The notes under the pieces: model-generated
The model's input: only the letters and a program-made list of their open reading frames with translations
What the model was told of the DNA's origin: nothing
Database searches by the model: none
Position numbers and translations under genes: made by a program
Shown: positions 38,570 to 52,600 of the stretch, piece after piece
Layout: each line of letters begins with the position of its first letter
How positions within the stretch are numbered: position 1 is the stretch's first letter
NCBI RefSeq assembly: GCF_026210795.1
Contig: NC_089433.1
Span: 4,340,001 to 4,404,000 of the forward strand
DNA length: 64,000 nt
Reading direction: 5' to 3'
Source of the DNA: Rhizophagus irregularis
Taxonomy: Eukaryota

Positions 38570-39380
38570 TGCTCGATGTACACATTATATGGGATTCATC
38601 TATAATAGGCGAAGGGAAAAACTGGGCAGTTCACCAAATAATAGATACTTCACTAATTGCGTGATAGCACAACCGAGAAATTAAATAAAGTTGTCAACCA
38701 TGCTTTATATCTCGCAGATAGGTACGAGAAAATTAAGGGCGATTATTGTCTATTGAAACAGCAATATTATAATGTTTCTAATAAAAATATAAATTTGAGG
38801 AACGAATTAGAACAAATTATCATTTCGTCAAAGAAGTTAAGTAAAGAGGTAAAACAATTACTAACCAACGCAAAGAATGTTTCGAATCTTGAACGGCAGA
38901 TAGCATTTGATAAACAACATATCCAAAGTCTAACGACGGAATTGGAAAGGCTTAAGTCACAATATCTTGATATACAATCCACCGCATCACAGCTTAGGCA
39001 AATTCGATTGCTAGTGAAAAGAATTAGATGTGCTTAATTTGAGACTAAAAGAATTAGAATTTATTTTATCATCAAAAATAACGGAAATACATACCTTAGA
39101 ATCTAAACTTTCATCAAAGAATTGCAAAATTGTGAGGCGGAACTTTCGTCAAAGTCATTTGAGTTACAGACACTCAAAACTGGATGTGGTGTGTTCAAAC
39201 AATATGTATCCAATATGGTCAAACAGTCTTCGATAAAAAAATATCATACGCAAAGCCCCATTCCAGAGAATCAGAATAAAGAAACGTTAGGGGCTGGTAT
39301 TACCGGCTATTCATTTTTATACTCTGCCTCAGTTAAACGTAACACAATAATAATTTACGTTGTTCATATTCTGGATATGT
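38570..39380 (+). pseudogene. Frameshifted coiled-coil protein gene of unknown function
   Basis: Overlapping heptad-rich ORFs 38657-39037, 39030-39236 and 39122-39382. Confidence 0.4.
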
Positions 39381-39820
39381 AAAAACAAATTAATATTATT
39401 AATACGGAACATATACGTTAAAGCCAAGTGCGATTATTTTCCGATGCAAAAAATCATGTACGGGACAATAACCCAATTAATTCTTTTCCTATTGAAGAAA
39501 CATTATCACATACTCATAGTCCTCTTCAAAGTTCAGATGAAACCCCAAATGAAATCGCCCTATTCAGAACTTGGTAATTATCTGCATTTTTATATTAAAT
39601 GATATTTATTCTTTTTAGGCGCAATTTTCAGAGTTGTAATACACTTTAATTACTTTAGTTATAACTAATGGATTGGAAATAAATATTATGATTTTCTGCG
39701 ATAATTTTTCAGTTCAGGTCTTTTCAACTTTTATTAGCTCATGATTAAAGTTACAAAATTTTTTATTTATATTTAATAAGATCAATAAGATTAAAGAGAA
39801 GGATATACATATAAATATTA

Positions 39821-40985
39821 TCACAACGATTTACATGTCATAATATCAATCTGACTATCACCTTCTATTTCTCGTAGACGCTCTCTAAGACGCTTTCTAA
39901 GATCTACGCGTTGAGTTTCAATTCCATCAAGTTCGACATTCTTTGCAACAAAAAGGTGATCGTTTAATTTGTTTATTTTGGCATTCAATCCGTTTGCTGT
40001 TAGAATAAATTTCTTGACTGTGTCCCAATGAATTGCATAAGAAATACCATTCTCATCCGTACGAATTGTTATACCAATAGAATACCCTTTAGTATCATAT
40101 ACTGGAGATCCTGGAGTAATTTTTTTGGTGGTACCTTGATATTTGATGATTTTACTTGAATTTATCTCAAAAATTTCCGTGATATTTTGATTAAATGTAT
40201 ACTGCTTATGTTGTTTCATATCACTGTGAAATTCCTCGCCGAACTATAAAGCATTTAATGGATCTAAGTTAAAAAAATAAGAGTTCGGAATTTTTTTCCA
40301 TAAGTACTTACATGGATTAAATGTATTTTACTTCCAACGGCAATTTCCTCGCCGAACTATAAAGTATTTAATAGATCTAAGTAAAAAAATAAGAGTTCGA
40401 ATTTTTTCTTTTCATACTTACATTAATTGACTGCACATATTCGCCTGAACCGTTGTTTATGCGTACTGCTCTATCAATTTCCATTCTATTTGTATGAAAA
40501 TGAGAGCCAATTGTTGGCTCTCTTTTAGTCTCCATTTTCATGATCAATAAATCTGGATAATTTTTCTGAATTATTGGAATTACAAATTATTAATGTCACG
40601 TCTCATTTTTATATTGAAGCATGGAATGTACAGCATATTCGTCTTTAGATAATACCTTTAGTTCATGGTCATCTGGAACGGTACGATAACGGAAAGCAAT
40701 TTCAGGAGGACCATATGTGAGGGGTTCGGTATTGCTTGGAGATGTAAACTCTATGCCCGCCCCAAAAATATCATTCTCATTGGGTAATACGTCAGAAGTA
40801 GTTACAATCCAACCAATATCATAATGAAAACCAGAGCCGATATATATTCCACTGCGAATTCGACAAACACCGTATGCTGTTTTTTTTTTAAGAAGTGTTT
40901 TTATCAGATTATACACTTCCGCATCTTCAAATGTACCATTTTCATCAAGTAATTTTGTTATTTCTAGTTCAGAAAAAGTATTCAT
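39821..40985 (-). CDS. Trypsin-like (S1/Trypsin_2) fold protein, 4 exons, 313 aa, catalytic His and Ser apparently replaced
   Basis: Exons 40985-40656, 40565-40422, 40356-40312 and 40243-39821, all phase 0 with GT..AG and no stop. Motifs GVCRI..IGSGF..WIVTTSDVL, YPDLLIMK and TPGSPVYD..G.SIGI. Confidence 0.75.
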
Positions 40986-41324
40986 TTGTTATTTAAGTTT
41001 GAAATCAGCAAAAGTATTTTCTTTAAATAAATAATCAATACAGTCGTACCATTACATCATATCATCATGAGTGTTGCGGTTAATAAAAAAGAATGTGAAA
41101 ATAATAAATAGGATACCTTTATTAAGAAATTCAATGGTTTATCATAACCATGTTTCATTACGATCTACTATAAGTCCCGCAGTACGTTTCAATATTATTA
41201 GTAATCAACAAAATGATTAGTAATCGGCAATTCGGCAGAACTTACCGACTAAATTTACTTATCTAGCAAGCGAAAAAAGATATATATATATATATATATA
41301 TCAAAAAAAAATTCACTAGCACGA

Positions 41325-41432
41325 AATGCCCGGCCCGGGTGAATTTTGAAGAAAATTTGCCGGCCCAAACCCGGATCCGGGTCCGGGTCGAGTTAAGGTT
41401 TCCGGGTTCCGGGTCCCGTTTGCAGACCGCAT
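41325..41432. mobile_element. Isolated GC-rich hAT-like terminal fragment
   Basis: CCGGG/ACCCGG repeats ending CCCGTTTGCAGACCGCATA. No partner end found. Confidence 0.45.
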
Positions 41433-41499
41433 ATATGTGTATGACAAACAAATTTTGCATGTCAATCATCAAAAATCACAAAATAGAGAAAATTTCTTA

Positions 41500-42150
41500 A
41501 TAATATTAAATATACAAATTTCAAAAGTTATTAAGAAGATTAAGTTTGGCTACTTTGCAAGTTTACTTAGGATGACAAAGAAATGGCAAAAGTAGTTTTA
41601 AATATCACTTAATTTTTCGTTAAAACCAACTTGAAATGATCGGCATATGTTTATTTTCTAGATATGATAGATATGTTAGTTAGTATAGCAAAGCTAATAA
41701 CGTCATTATTGCTAATTAAATTTTTTCCTAATTGGTATACTGATAGAATTAAGTTTAAGAAAATTTTTAAAAATATATACGAATATTTTTAATTTGGAAC
41801 AATCGTAATCATAAATATCAAAACCTACAAGTATACATTTTATCTATTACAAGGGGACCAAGGTACCACGCATACAGATTTTTATGAATCTAAGTTAAAG
41901 AGAAAAAAGATTCAATTTCTTATCAAAGAAATACCTACGATAGAACAAATTAAAAATTGTATTTTTCAATTTTCAAAGATCATTTTTATCTGATATGTAA
42001 TATAGAAAGAGAAGAATTTATCATGTTTGGACATGTAATCAAAGATCAGAAGAGAATTTTATATTAATTCAACAAATAAAACAAATTTTAATTGATAGTA
42101 TTAATGATCAAATAGAAAATAAGCATTACATGTAGAAGATATTGATCTGT
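41500..42150 (+). pseudogene. Highly degraded LINE ORF2 3' fragment
   Basis: Remnants of FLIKEIPTIEQIK and ICNIEREE.-HVWTC, with many stops and frameshifts. Confidence 0.5.
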
Positions 42151-42669
42151 CAGACAATTCGGCTCATATCACTAATTAAATTTTAGTGACAAACATGAAA
42201 TTTGATCGGACACATGATCAAAATAAACATCAAATTTGTGATAAATTCGAATAATACATAATGACATTAATGACGATTTTACTCAATTGTTGAAAGTTAC
42301 GTTGGGGTCCCGTTTCCTAGTATAAAAATATATTGCGAAACGATTTTTTATATTAAAACACTTAGAAAAAAAAACGTTTTTTATCAAAGATATAATATTA
42401 ATTTAAAGTTTTATTCATTTATAATTTGGATTAAAATGTAAGTGAAAAATATAAAAATTGACACTAAATAAAATAAATTATAAAAATTTTTTATTGTTTA
42501 GTGTATTTTTTTTTTTTAAAAAAAGTATTTTAACATGAAAAGGGAAAAGAAAAGGGAGAGAAATTTGTAGTAAGTTTACAGTAAACTGATCACGCTACAC
42601 AAGTCACGTGAGATTAAATCACTGAAGATCAAAATTTTATTTGTCCCACATCTAAACAACTAGTGAACA

Positions 42670-43470
42670 GGAAAAAAACTCTTTCCCCTTTTTTTATTTT
42701 CGTTAGTTTTCCGCAGTAATTTTGCACAAGTTTAATTTTTTTAGTTTCTATTTGAAACGCCAAAGGGGGAGAGGCCCAAATGGGCATCTCTGTTTTATAC
42801 GAGGTTTTTAGTTCTTTTTATAACCTATATTATAAAGGAATATGACTTCTACACCCTATATTGAAATAGACTGGTCTTCCACTTCACAACATCCTTTTCC
42901 TCAACTCGGTGATCCAACACCACCTGAAAATGACTCAGATAAAATATTACATAATACTGAGCTGCCTACAGTACTCTCTTCTAAGGATATTTTTTTCCTT
43001 GATATTGATGATATTTATCCTTATACATACTCAACTCTTCACCTCGACGAAGATGAAATGGAAGATACCTATGATGATGAAGATTACTTTGAACAGTTAC
43101 TACATAATGAAATAAATGCTGAAATAGAAGAAGTTAGCTATGGAGGAAATAATATACCTTCATTTTCCAACACTCCTTTAACTCCCATACAGGACAATAT
43201 TCCTTTACCACCTTCGGATATTGCGCCTATCTCAGAAAATTTACTCAAAGACGGGAAAAAAACTACCCTCTTGGTCTCCCTGGAAAAATTTCACGTGACT
43301 ACGCCAAAATGATCAGGTTATAACAAGATTTATGAAATCTGCCGATCTAGGAGTTTCTTATTCAAGCTTGCTGATCGTGATCAAAACACCAATGAAATTC
43401 ATTTGAAGATATACATGAATGATTATCATATGAAAACTAAACCGATTAGTTATAACAACACAAGTTTGTT
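42670..43470 (+). mobile_element. 5' part of a second, diverged copy of the 8236-11209 retroposon, cut off at 43470
   Basis: 5' UTR and ORF (MTSTPYIEIDWSS…NDYHMKTKPISYNNTS) match 11209->10425 on the opposite strand. Similarity stops abruptly after caagtttgtt. Confidence 0.9.
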
Positions 43471-44912
43471 AGTAGTATATAAATCCCAGTTCTGGCTCAC
43501 TTTTCTCGGAGTCCAATCCTGGTTACCTTTTTCTTGCTACCAACTCATTGCTCCCCCACCGGCTGTGGGTCCAATTCTAGTCACCTTTTTCTTGCTACTC
43601 CCATTACTCTCACACCGGCTGTGGGTCCAATCCTGACTACCTTTTTATATTTTTTACCTACTTATATCCTACTTATCTCATAATCTAAACCGTTTATTAA
43701 TATTTTCACCTACTTATTTCATAATCTAAATCATTTATTAATATTTTCACCTACTTACCCCAACCGAACAAGAAATAGGATTTCAAAGCCAACGGAGCCA
43801 AAAAAGGTAAGGAAATATTAACCCATCCAGGAAACCAGCCATGGGGTCAATAGAGCGGAATAGCAAGGCAAGCAATTTCTCTTATACCGAGAAAAAATGT
43901 AATTGAATAAAAGATTCATATATAAAAGGTTTACAAGATGTCACAATACAGACCATCACTAAGACGTATACTAGGTCAGTTTGAACTCAACATAGAAGAA
44001 TGGGTAAAGGAAATAATGTGGTATTTAGATATAGCATATTTAAAAGCTTTAGATTCCGAATTAGGCAAAGAAAGTATGTTAGTATCTGGATTAGAAGAGC
44101 TAGTAGAAATATTTGATGAGATGTTAGAAGGTGATGATATATGGATACATCCATCACTTTTATCACGAATAAGATATTCTATTCTACCAGATGAGATGGC
44201 AATATATGAAAGATTTTCAGATATCATTAAGAACTTCTCAGAGGATAAAGAATTAGCATATGCATTATTAGACTTAGTAGAAATATTATCAAAAAAGAAA
44301 CCTTCAACATTCAACATTATAGATTACAATATACAAAGAATATTCACAAATCCTAATGATGAATATAGAAATGAATTCAGCATCTACCATATTAAAGGAG
44401 ATGAAGATATGGACGAAGACACAGATGAAGACATAGATGAAGTAGAGCAGAATGAATTCAATGAATACTATCAGAATCTTGCACCGACCACCAAGAGTCA
44501 GCTGGATAGACTAAAAAATGAGTTGGCTATAACTCTATGTGATGAATGTCTTATGCCAATAACACAGGTCGAAATATAATATACCGGTCATCAATCGGTC
44601 ATATAACTGATTGGTACCTGATTGGTAGCTGATCTGTTACTGATTCATTCATTCAGATACCAACCGGTCATCAATCAGGCATTTATTTCAATCGGCTACA
44701 CATCAGTTGTATGACCGATTGGTGCCGATTGGTGACTGATTGGTGCCAGTTTAACAATCGGTAAACAATCAGCCATCTGTCATCTATATTGGAAGTTGAC
44801 CGATTGGTTGCTGATTGGATATTGTTGACTATCAGTCATCAATCGGCTATCAGCAGGTTGAATTATTGTCAATCGGGTACCAATCAGGCATATGTCCGAT
44901 TGATACAGATTA

Positions 44913-45198
44913 CAGCTATTTGCGAAATAACGGACCACTTACAGCTATTTGCGAAAATAATGGACCACCTAATTCATTTTCGACTGCGTATGAAATTTTC
45001 ATACGCAGTCATACGCATGGTAATATCTGCCCAGACCATCAAACTCATTTTTTGAGTTTTTCATATGTAATCATCCGCAGTTATATCACAATAATTTTAG
45101 CAGTTAACTATGCGTATATGACTGCATATGGCTGCGTATGAAATATTCATACGCAATCGAAAATCGAATTAGCTGGTCCGTTATTTTGCAAATAGTTG
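44913..45198. mobile_element. TA-flanked MITE in the CACTA left subterminal region
   Basis: TA-CAGCTATTTGCGAAATAACGGACCA … TGGTCCGTTATTTTGCAAATAGTTG-TA. The left TIR is locally duplicated. Confidence 0.75.
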
Positions 45199-45799
45199 TA
45201 ATAGATGATTTGTATGTAGCCGATTGATGCTCATTCAATAAATGTGCTTTATGATTTTATCTGATCTAAGACTTATCGAAGAATAAAAATTCGATACTAC
45301 TGGCCGACTTATTTTAACTGTTACTAGTAAACCGAACAATGATGGAAATCATAATAAAAATGTATGTACCCACATTCTTTTATATTGCATAAGCTAGTAA
45401 ATGATTTATTCTAAATAATAAACAATTTTGTCACCAATTGTATTAAAAGATTTAATAATTCTCCTAATTACCCACTGAAAATTTATCATTTGACTATACA
45501 TGATGAAATAATGTGTACAAAATGAACAAGGGAATATACAAGGAATGATATTTAATAAAGAAAAAATAGGCAGAAAGTCGAAGATTTTTATAAAAAAGAA
45601 TATCGTTGGATGATTAAAGAAATAATTGAAAAAAGAAATATTACAATAATATTATTTGAAGGAAGTATTTTTAGAAAAAAAAAATTAACTGTATGTACTA
45701 ATTAATATACATAAAATTCGCAAAAGCAGGGGAGGGGGGATCGGTTATTAGTGAAAAATAGGTAAATAGAATACAAAATATAGGAAATCACCACCATCA

Positions 45800-47828
45800 C
45801 AACACCACCACAATCACTACCATCAATCGTCCATTTCAAGATAATCATCGTCAGAAAGTTGGTCAGAAGGTTAGCCAGAAGGTTGGTTGGAAGATTGGCC
45901 GGAAGGTTGTTGGTTGGAGGATTGATCGGAAGGTTGTTGGTTAGAGGATTGATCGGAAGGTTGTTGGTTGGAGGATTGATCGGAAGGTTGTTGGTTAGAG
46001 GATTGGTCGGAAGATTGGTTAGAAGGTTGGTTGGAAGATTGGTTGGAAGGTTGGTCAGTACTTGTTAATAAAACAGTCTCTTCCATTTCTTCCTCCCCTT
46101 CTCCAATGTCAGCATCATATCCATCATTAAAGGACTTTTCACTTTCTGCAAATTTCATCAAGTCATACTGCTGGTCTTGACGCTGGTCCAGCTGCTGGGT
46201 GACTGCGATCTTTAACTTTCCTTTATATCCGGAACGAGTCCAATGCAGCGCCAACAAAGGCGCCGCCGGTTCATTATTACAAAAACAATTGCCCGTAACT
46301 CGCTCACGTAATTTTCTATTATTTGGTTGTTCGGTTCTTAATCGGTCAATATATTCACGCAAAAATAATCGTAACTTAAAAAAATTAAAATAGTTGGTAA
46401 AATTAAAAATAGTTAGAAATAGTTAGTAAATAAATTAAAAATAGGTAGAAATAGTTAGTAAAATTAAAAATAGTCAGAAATGGTAAAATTAAAAATAATA
46501 AAAGCAGGAAGAAATACTCACTGTGTCAGATCTCCACTTAAGATCTTTAACAATAATATTGTTTCTCCTGTTTTCGCAATCAGTCTCGGATTCCTCGGGT
46601 GAATGGTAAGCGTTATTGTCAATTATTAATTGTAAGTCTTCGTCCTTAAATTTCTTGACTAATGAATTTTTCACCATCTGTAAATGTTTTATTAGTCTTC
46701 CTCTTTTTAATCTTTTCTGTATTAGATAAGAAGTTAGTATTAAGCAAATATATACACTGTACAAAACTTTATTTACTCACGTCGTGGCGTCTGGAATTGA
46801 AATGTTTTCTTTTTTCTTGCAGTTTTTTTCTTGACGATGACCAATTCTTTTTAAGGTGCTCTTCACGTCGATGATGATGAAGGGAGTGAATTATATCATA
46901 TAAAATTTCGTTAGAAATAGGAAATATATTATTATTAATATTTTCCATTATACTAGGTATAATATCATTAATAACGCGATTTCGCTGATTAGTGAATGTT
47001 TGACCCAAATCAATCCTTCTCCCTTCTGGTAACGCATCATACTTCCAAATAACTTCCTTCTATATAAAATCAACAATATCAGTTAATAAATATATATAAA
47101 ATTAATTTGAGATATCCTTATTTACCCTTAAGGCTTCTCTTAGATCTTTTGGCATATCACTTTTCGTCAAATAGAAGGGAGTATTTGAACTATTTGAGCT
47201 ATAGGAGCTGTCCGAATCACTTGAATCGTCTGAACTTGATTGGACTGGGGCTTTTCCCTTTGCTTTATCGCTGATGGCTTTTCTGGAATTTTTGTCGCCA
47301 TCGTTAGTATTTTTTTTTTTGACGGCCTTTTTAGTACCCCTGTATTTTTCATTAGTAGCACTGGTTACAGCGCTTACATCTTCTTTTTCATTAGTGGCGC
47401 TGGTTACAGCGCCAGCGCTTTCATCTTCTTTTTCATTAGTGGCGCTGGTTACAGCGCTTTCTTCACCTTTTTCACTAATACCGCTAGTTACAGCGGTGTC
47501 GCTTTTTTCCATTTTAATTGTTATATCCTCATCTGACGATATAAGAATTGGTTCTTGTTGAGAACCAGCCTGTGAAGAATCCCGTGAAGAAACAGCCCAT
47601 GAAGAAACAGCCCGTGAAGAACCTGGCACCCCATAGGGTTCATTATTTTGCTGTTCTTGTTGTCCTTGTATAATATTCGCAATTTTTTCAAAAAAATATT
47701 TGGCTTGTTGGGTAAAAGCTATTAATTTAGATAATCATTAGTTTTTAGTAATATCCTGATATCTGCTGTCCGCCGATCAACTTACCCAATAGCTCGTCTA
47801 CTTTCTCTAAATCTTTCTTATTGGACAT
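45800..47828 (-). pseudogene. Multi-exon CACTA accessory gene A (TnpA-like position) with repeat-rich tails; probably disrupted
   Basis: Exons containing MPKDLREALR | KEVIWK…DLGQTF..Q…RRHD | KRLKR…AYHSPEESETD…IIVKDLKWRSDT | LRLFLREYID…HWTRSGY. GT..AG boundaries. Confidence 0.65.
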
Positions 47829-48019
47829 ATTTAATTCAAATTTTTTAAATTTTTTTAAAAAACATAAAAATATCCACAGTATAGAAAGAAATCAGTATTT
47901 TTTTTTCAGATCGATTATTTTCATTATTTTTAACAATTTTAACAATTTTCAATTGTTCTAACAATTAACAATTAAATGATTAATAAATTTAATAAATTAA
48001 AATCTTGACAATTAATCAT

Positions 48020-48290
48020 TAGACTAATGATGTAATGATGTAATATTATACGCGAAATTTGCAGAAATTAAGCAACACCGGTATATGTTATATGTTATTT
48101 AATAACATATATCATTGACTTACAACTTTTCTATAATTTATTATTTGACTGTAACGATGTAATGATGTAATATGATACGCGAAATTTGCAGAAATTAAGC
48201 AACACCGGTATATGTTATATGTTATTTAATAAGATATATCATTGACTTACAAACTTTTCTATTATTTATTATTTGACTTTATTATTTGAC
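48020..48290. repeat. ~125-bp tandem duplication
   Basis: gatgtaatgatgtaatat..tacgcgaaatttgcagaaattaagcaacaccgg… occurs twice. Confidence 0.85.
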
Positions 48291-48312
48291 AAATATTATA
48301 TCGAAATAAGAC

Positions 48313-48762
48313 TTACTCGCATATTTCACGTATTTTAATTTTACCGTCTTCATCCTCCTCACCCTCCTCACTTCTGATATTATTTATTTTGACAGAGGAT
48401 GCTAACATCAGAGCACTGCTGAACGAATTTACTTCTTGATTATTTAATAAAGTTCCCATTTCTGAATTATTAAGTAGGGATAGTTGAGTTTCTAATATAT
48501 CGATCTTTTGTTGTAGAAAATCATTTGCTTCTTTCTGCATACTCATGATTTCCATTAACGCACGATTACAGTTTTCTAATTCTACAACCTTTTTCCGAGA
48601 TTCTATATCCCTGATCGTTGCATGATTCGACATTATTTGTAAAGAGTCATTTACTCGCGTTAAATTCTCATTCTTTCGTATCAGGTTTTGCCTAATGTAT
48701 TTAAGGCTACTATGTTTATGCTTTCGGCCTATTATAACCCCTAGGATTAAAATAAAAATCAA
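48313..48762 (-). CDS. Hypothetical coiled-coil protein with a hydrophobic N-terminal stretch (CACTA cargo); start uncertain
   Basis: 149-codon ORF with a heptad pattern. No family recognised. Confidence 0.35.
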   Translation of the reverse strand: MIFILILGVIIGRKHKHSSLKYIRQNLIRKNENLTRVNDSLQIMSNHATIRDIESRKKVVELENCNRALMEIMSMQKEANDFLQQKIDILETQLSLLNNSEMGTLLNNQEVNSFSSALMLASSVKINNIRSEEGEEDEDGKIKIREICE

Positions 48763-49656
48763 TTTATAACCTTTGACTATTTACAAAAAAATGAGATAAA
48801 AAAAAAATGCAGATATAAAAACCGAATATTGTGATATTCGTACGAAAGACCAATAACTATAAGAAAAAACCGGTATGAATATATAAGATAATTGTTAAGA
48901 ATGTTTATTATTATATTAAAGCGGAATCGGTTTATATAAAAGAAAATCGATAACCGTAAAAAAGAAACTGACTTGAATGTAATCTTTGTTTTCACCGACC
49001 TATTAAAATTGAAGGATATGCATTAAATTTTCAAGTAAATTTGTTCCATTTGATCATTATCGGTATACCTGTAATAAATTTTTGAAATTACAATCCACTT
49101 TCAAAAAAACTTTCAAACGTAAGAGATGACCGGCAGAAAGCTGATGAACTTATTTATCATTGAGTTTTTTTATAATCGGCACGATTTTTATTGCTGCTTA
49201 CAGACTAATTACTCATGCATGATTACCTTATAAGAAAATCAATCAAATAAATTATATTGGAACTTTTTTATTGTAACTTTAATGCTGCAGTGGCGTATTG
49301 GTTAGGGAATGTAATACCTGGATTATATTTCTGAGTTCAGTACCTGCTGTATGCATTACTTTCCAGAATATTTGACCATAACCGTGAGTTCTCTGGACCG
49401 GTTGGCTTGGATGCCGTGAGTCCTTTGGACCGGCCCGAGTCTTGATATTCTGATCTTTTTTGTATATTAACAACAGTCGAAGGGTTATTTAACTATCATT
49501 TTAGTTACTTGAATTGAAATAGTCGTGTAACTAATTAATTACTCAAAATAAAAATATAATACATCGTACACTTCCATTAAATGTTAAAGTAAATCTGCAT
49601 ATTTAAAATTTATATTTTCACCAAACAATAGAATTCTATTATACCAGTAAAAATTC

Positions 49657-52600
49657 TCACAAATGAAACTGCCTATTTATTGGGATTACAGCATTATATG
49701 TGATAGGATTCTTTTTGCCAATTACAAATTCACCAGATACAAAGCGACTATATAGGTAATGAATTGGAATTAAACAATCTCGCTCTATCTCATAAAATTC
49801 ATTTCGCCAAAGTTCAATATTTGAGCTTTTTTCATCACCATCAATACTTGTATAAAATCGGGTTTTCTGGTTTGGCGCCGGTTTATACCATTTAACAAAT
49901 ACTAATCGATGTGTTTTAAGTTCACCCGAAATTCTCACAGTATGTTCAAAATAATACTGTACCTGACCTGGAAATAAGTCGGTCGTTTCATTGTTTTGGA
50001 TAAATTTCGCCAAAACATTCACATTTTTCAGGTATCGGGGTGCCATTGCCGATCTAAACACTTCTGCTGAGATCCTAACCCGCCCAAATTGATCAACCAT
50101 ATTTGGCACAACTATTGCATCTCTTGAACTGGTTGATGTTGACTCAGCAATTGTTACAAATTGCAAGTCGTAAGCAATATTATAATATTCGGTTAGGATT
50201 TGATAAATATCATCAGGCAAGGCAACCCGATTTTTACATGGCGTAAGCATTTCTCCAGGAAATGGTTCGCTACTGACAATCGTTTCATCAACTTCTTGGA
50301 AGAATACCTTTCTAAATTGATACAGCTCAGTGTAATTAAAATTATCGTAAGCTGCCAAACTTCTGGAAGTTGATCGTGGTTGAATTAATTTTAAAGCTTC
50401 AACAAGCTTAACATTATTTGATTGAACGGATACAAGGTTATCAAGTCTCCAATTCCGCATTATAATTCGTAAAAGTTTGGGTTCAATTTGACGATTACTA
50501 TTGGGAAAAGAGCCTATTGATATATTATTTAATAAATTATTAGCAAGCTTAAACGATTAAACAGTTCACAAAATACCTACTGAGGATACCGTTCATTCTT
50601 TCAAAGGAAAAACACCAGAAAGAATATAATGGACCATAATCCTGGCAACAATCGGCAATATGAAGATACAAATGGAGGTTTGGGGTTATTCTTTCCGGAC
50701 CATAATTTTCTTCAATTAACGTTGCAACTTTGAGCAAACGTTCGTGAGCTTCGTTCAATATGTCACAGTCAATAATTCGATAAACTAGCAGAGAACAAGC
50801 TCTAACGAAATTCCCCAAAATTTGTCGATCTGGTTCAGCGAGCAAATCCCACATCAACGGGATAGCATAAATTAGAACAAACGTTTTCCATTGGTCGGCC
50901 GTAAATCCGGAAAATCCTTCTCCAGTTGCGATTTTATTTGGAATACGCCCCAAATCCGTGGGTATTTGTATGTATTTTGCTCGCTTTTCCATTTTTTCTA
51001 GATCTTGTTTCGTGATCTTGTTGCCATCGATCCATAATTTTTTAATTATCCAATGGGCTATTCCGAGGAACAAACAGTGCATTGGATCTACGACAAGGTA
51101 CCTTATCGGATTAAAATACGGTAATCGAAGCAGTTCGGACCATCTAACATGGGTTGAACTCACATGACGTTTTCTTTCCTCCTCAGATTTACACAGTCTC
51201 CAAAGCTCAGCATTCCGTCGATGTTCATCCAAATCTCTTTCTACAAACCAGTCAACCATATCATCAAAGCCGCCAAAACTTGACTTATTTCCATTTCCAT
51301 TTGAATTTGCAGTTTTATAACACCTATGGCAGCTCACTGATGCTGATATGTGACCGCAGAGCTTCCTCGCCGCAGGAATGTCATTCGAACAGCATATTAA
51401 TGCCAATCGGATATTTTTTTCAGCGGCGGGAATCTCAATCCCATCCCAGAACTCTAATAACTCATCAACAATTGGAGCGAGATAATGGTTAATTTTGTGT
51501 AACTTAACCTCGCTTGGTCCTGGTAGTAGACCAAGCGTCAACATATTTTTTTTTTAAATCTAATTTCACGCGGTAGGTTACAAATAACCCCATAAATAGC
51601 CCCACAGCTGTATACAGATGACTCGAAAGGCTGAAACCAATCGAGATTAATCATAATTCCCAAGTGGGAATCTGCAGTCTCCGGTGTAAAAAATGGGACG
51701 TCTGAAGTGTCTGGAAAAGTTTTCCAGATTTTACCGTCATAAATATCTGCTAACATACCATTATTTACATCCCGATTGGTCCATTTTCGTAGTTGTTGCT
51801 TGAATTCTGGTCTCTGGTACAAATTGTTTATCTGTATTTTCAAATTCGGCAATGGAAATAACAATTTAGGGCGTCTTTTATTTCCATTACCATGCGGTAC
51901 TTGCACAGTTAATTCTATTCCGCAAAATTTTTCCTTCGGTTTCATTGGAAATTCTATATGCGTACATTTAAATCCTTCATCCGCAACAACATCAGCTATA
52001 TTATATAATGTATTACAGCTCGGACATACTGCGTAAGACATAGATTGGTTGTCGATTCGTAATAACTTAGTCGCAGTGTATAAAGAAGACGGGAAATCTT
52101 TGAATCTTGTCTGATTAGCATCCATTAATACTTGATGAAAAAACTTTATTAAAGAATCTAGTGCAACATCCGGCAAGCAAAATCTTGCTTGATATTTGAA
52201 TATCCATGTTAATATCCAAGAATCTGCAATATTAACATTTGTGTCGGGATATGCAAATTCTGAATCATTTTCGGGCGCAGCAAATTGTTCAACAGGATCA
52301 TCGTCCAAATCCATATTGTCTTCTGGAGAAATGTCACCTTCATATTCATATTCATTAATCAGTTCATTGCTTTCCTTATTGGTTTCCGGTTCCCGAAACT
52401 GGTCTTGTCTACGCCTTTTTTGAGGGACAAAACCGGCAAAATCTGATTCATAATTATTATTAAATGATGTTGACTCTTCTTGTCCGGTCATTTCTTTTGA
52501 TCTTGATGATCCTTCTACGATCGGACTATAATAGACGGTATGTGCTGGCTTAATTCGATTGTTTCCGGGTAAAAAAGGGACAAATCCGGAAATGCTAGAC

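Noticed and set aside
43467..43760. TG-start suggesting an LTR at 43467
   Set aside because: TGTT still aligns to the retroposon (CGTT in the other copy), so the break is at 43470/43471. No CA end, PBS or TSD was found.
45859..46068. Plus-strand GRLLV-repeat ORF (and similar antisense ORFs at 24297, 47240 and 47274)
   Set aside because: Antisense shadows of repeats in real minus-strand genes.
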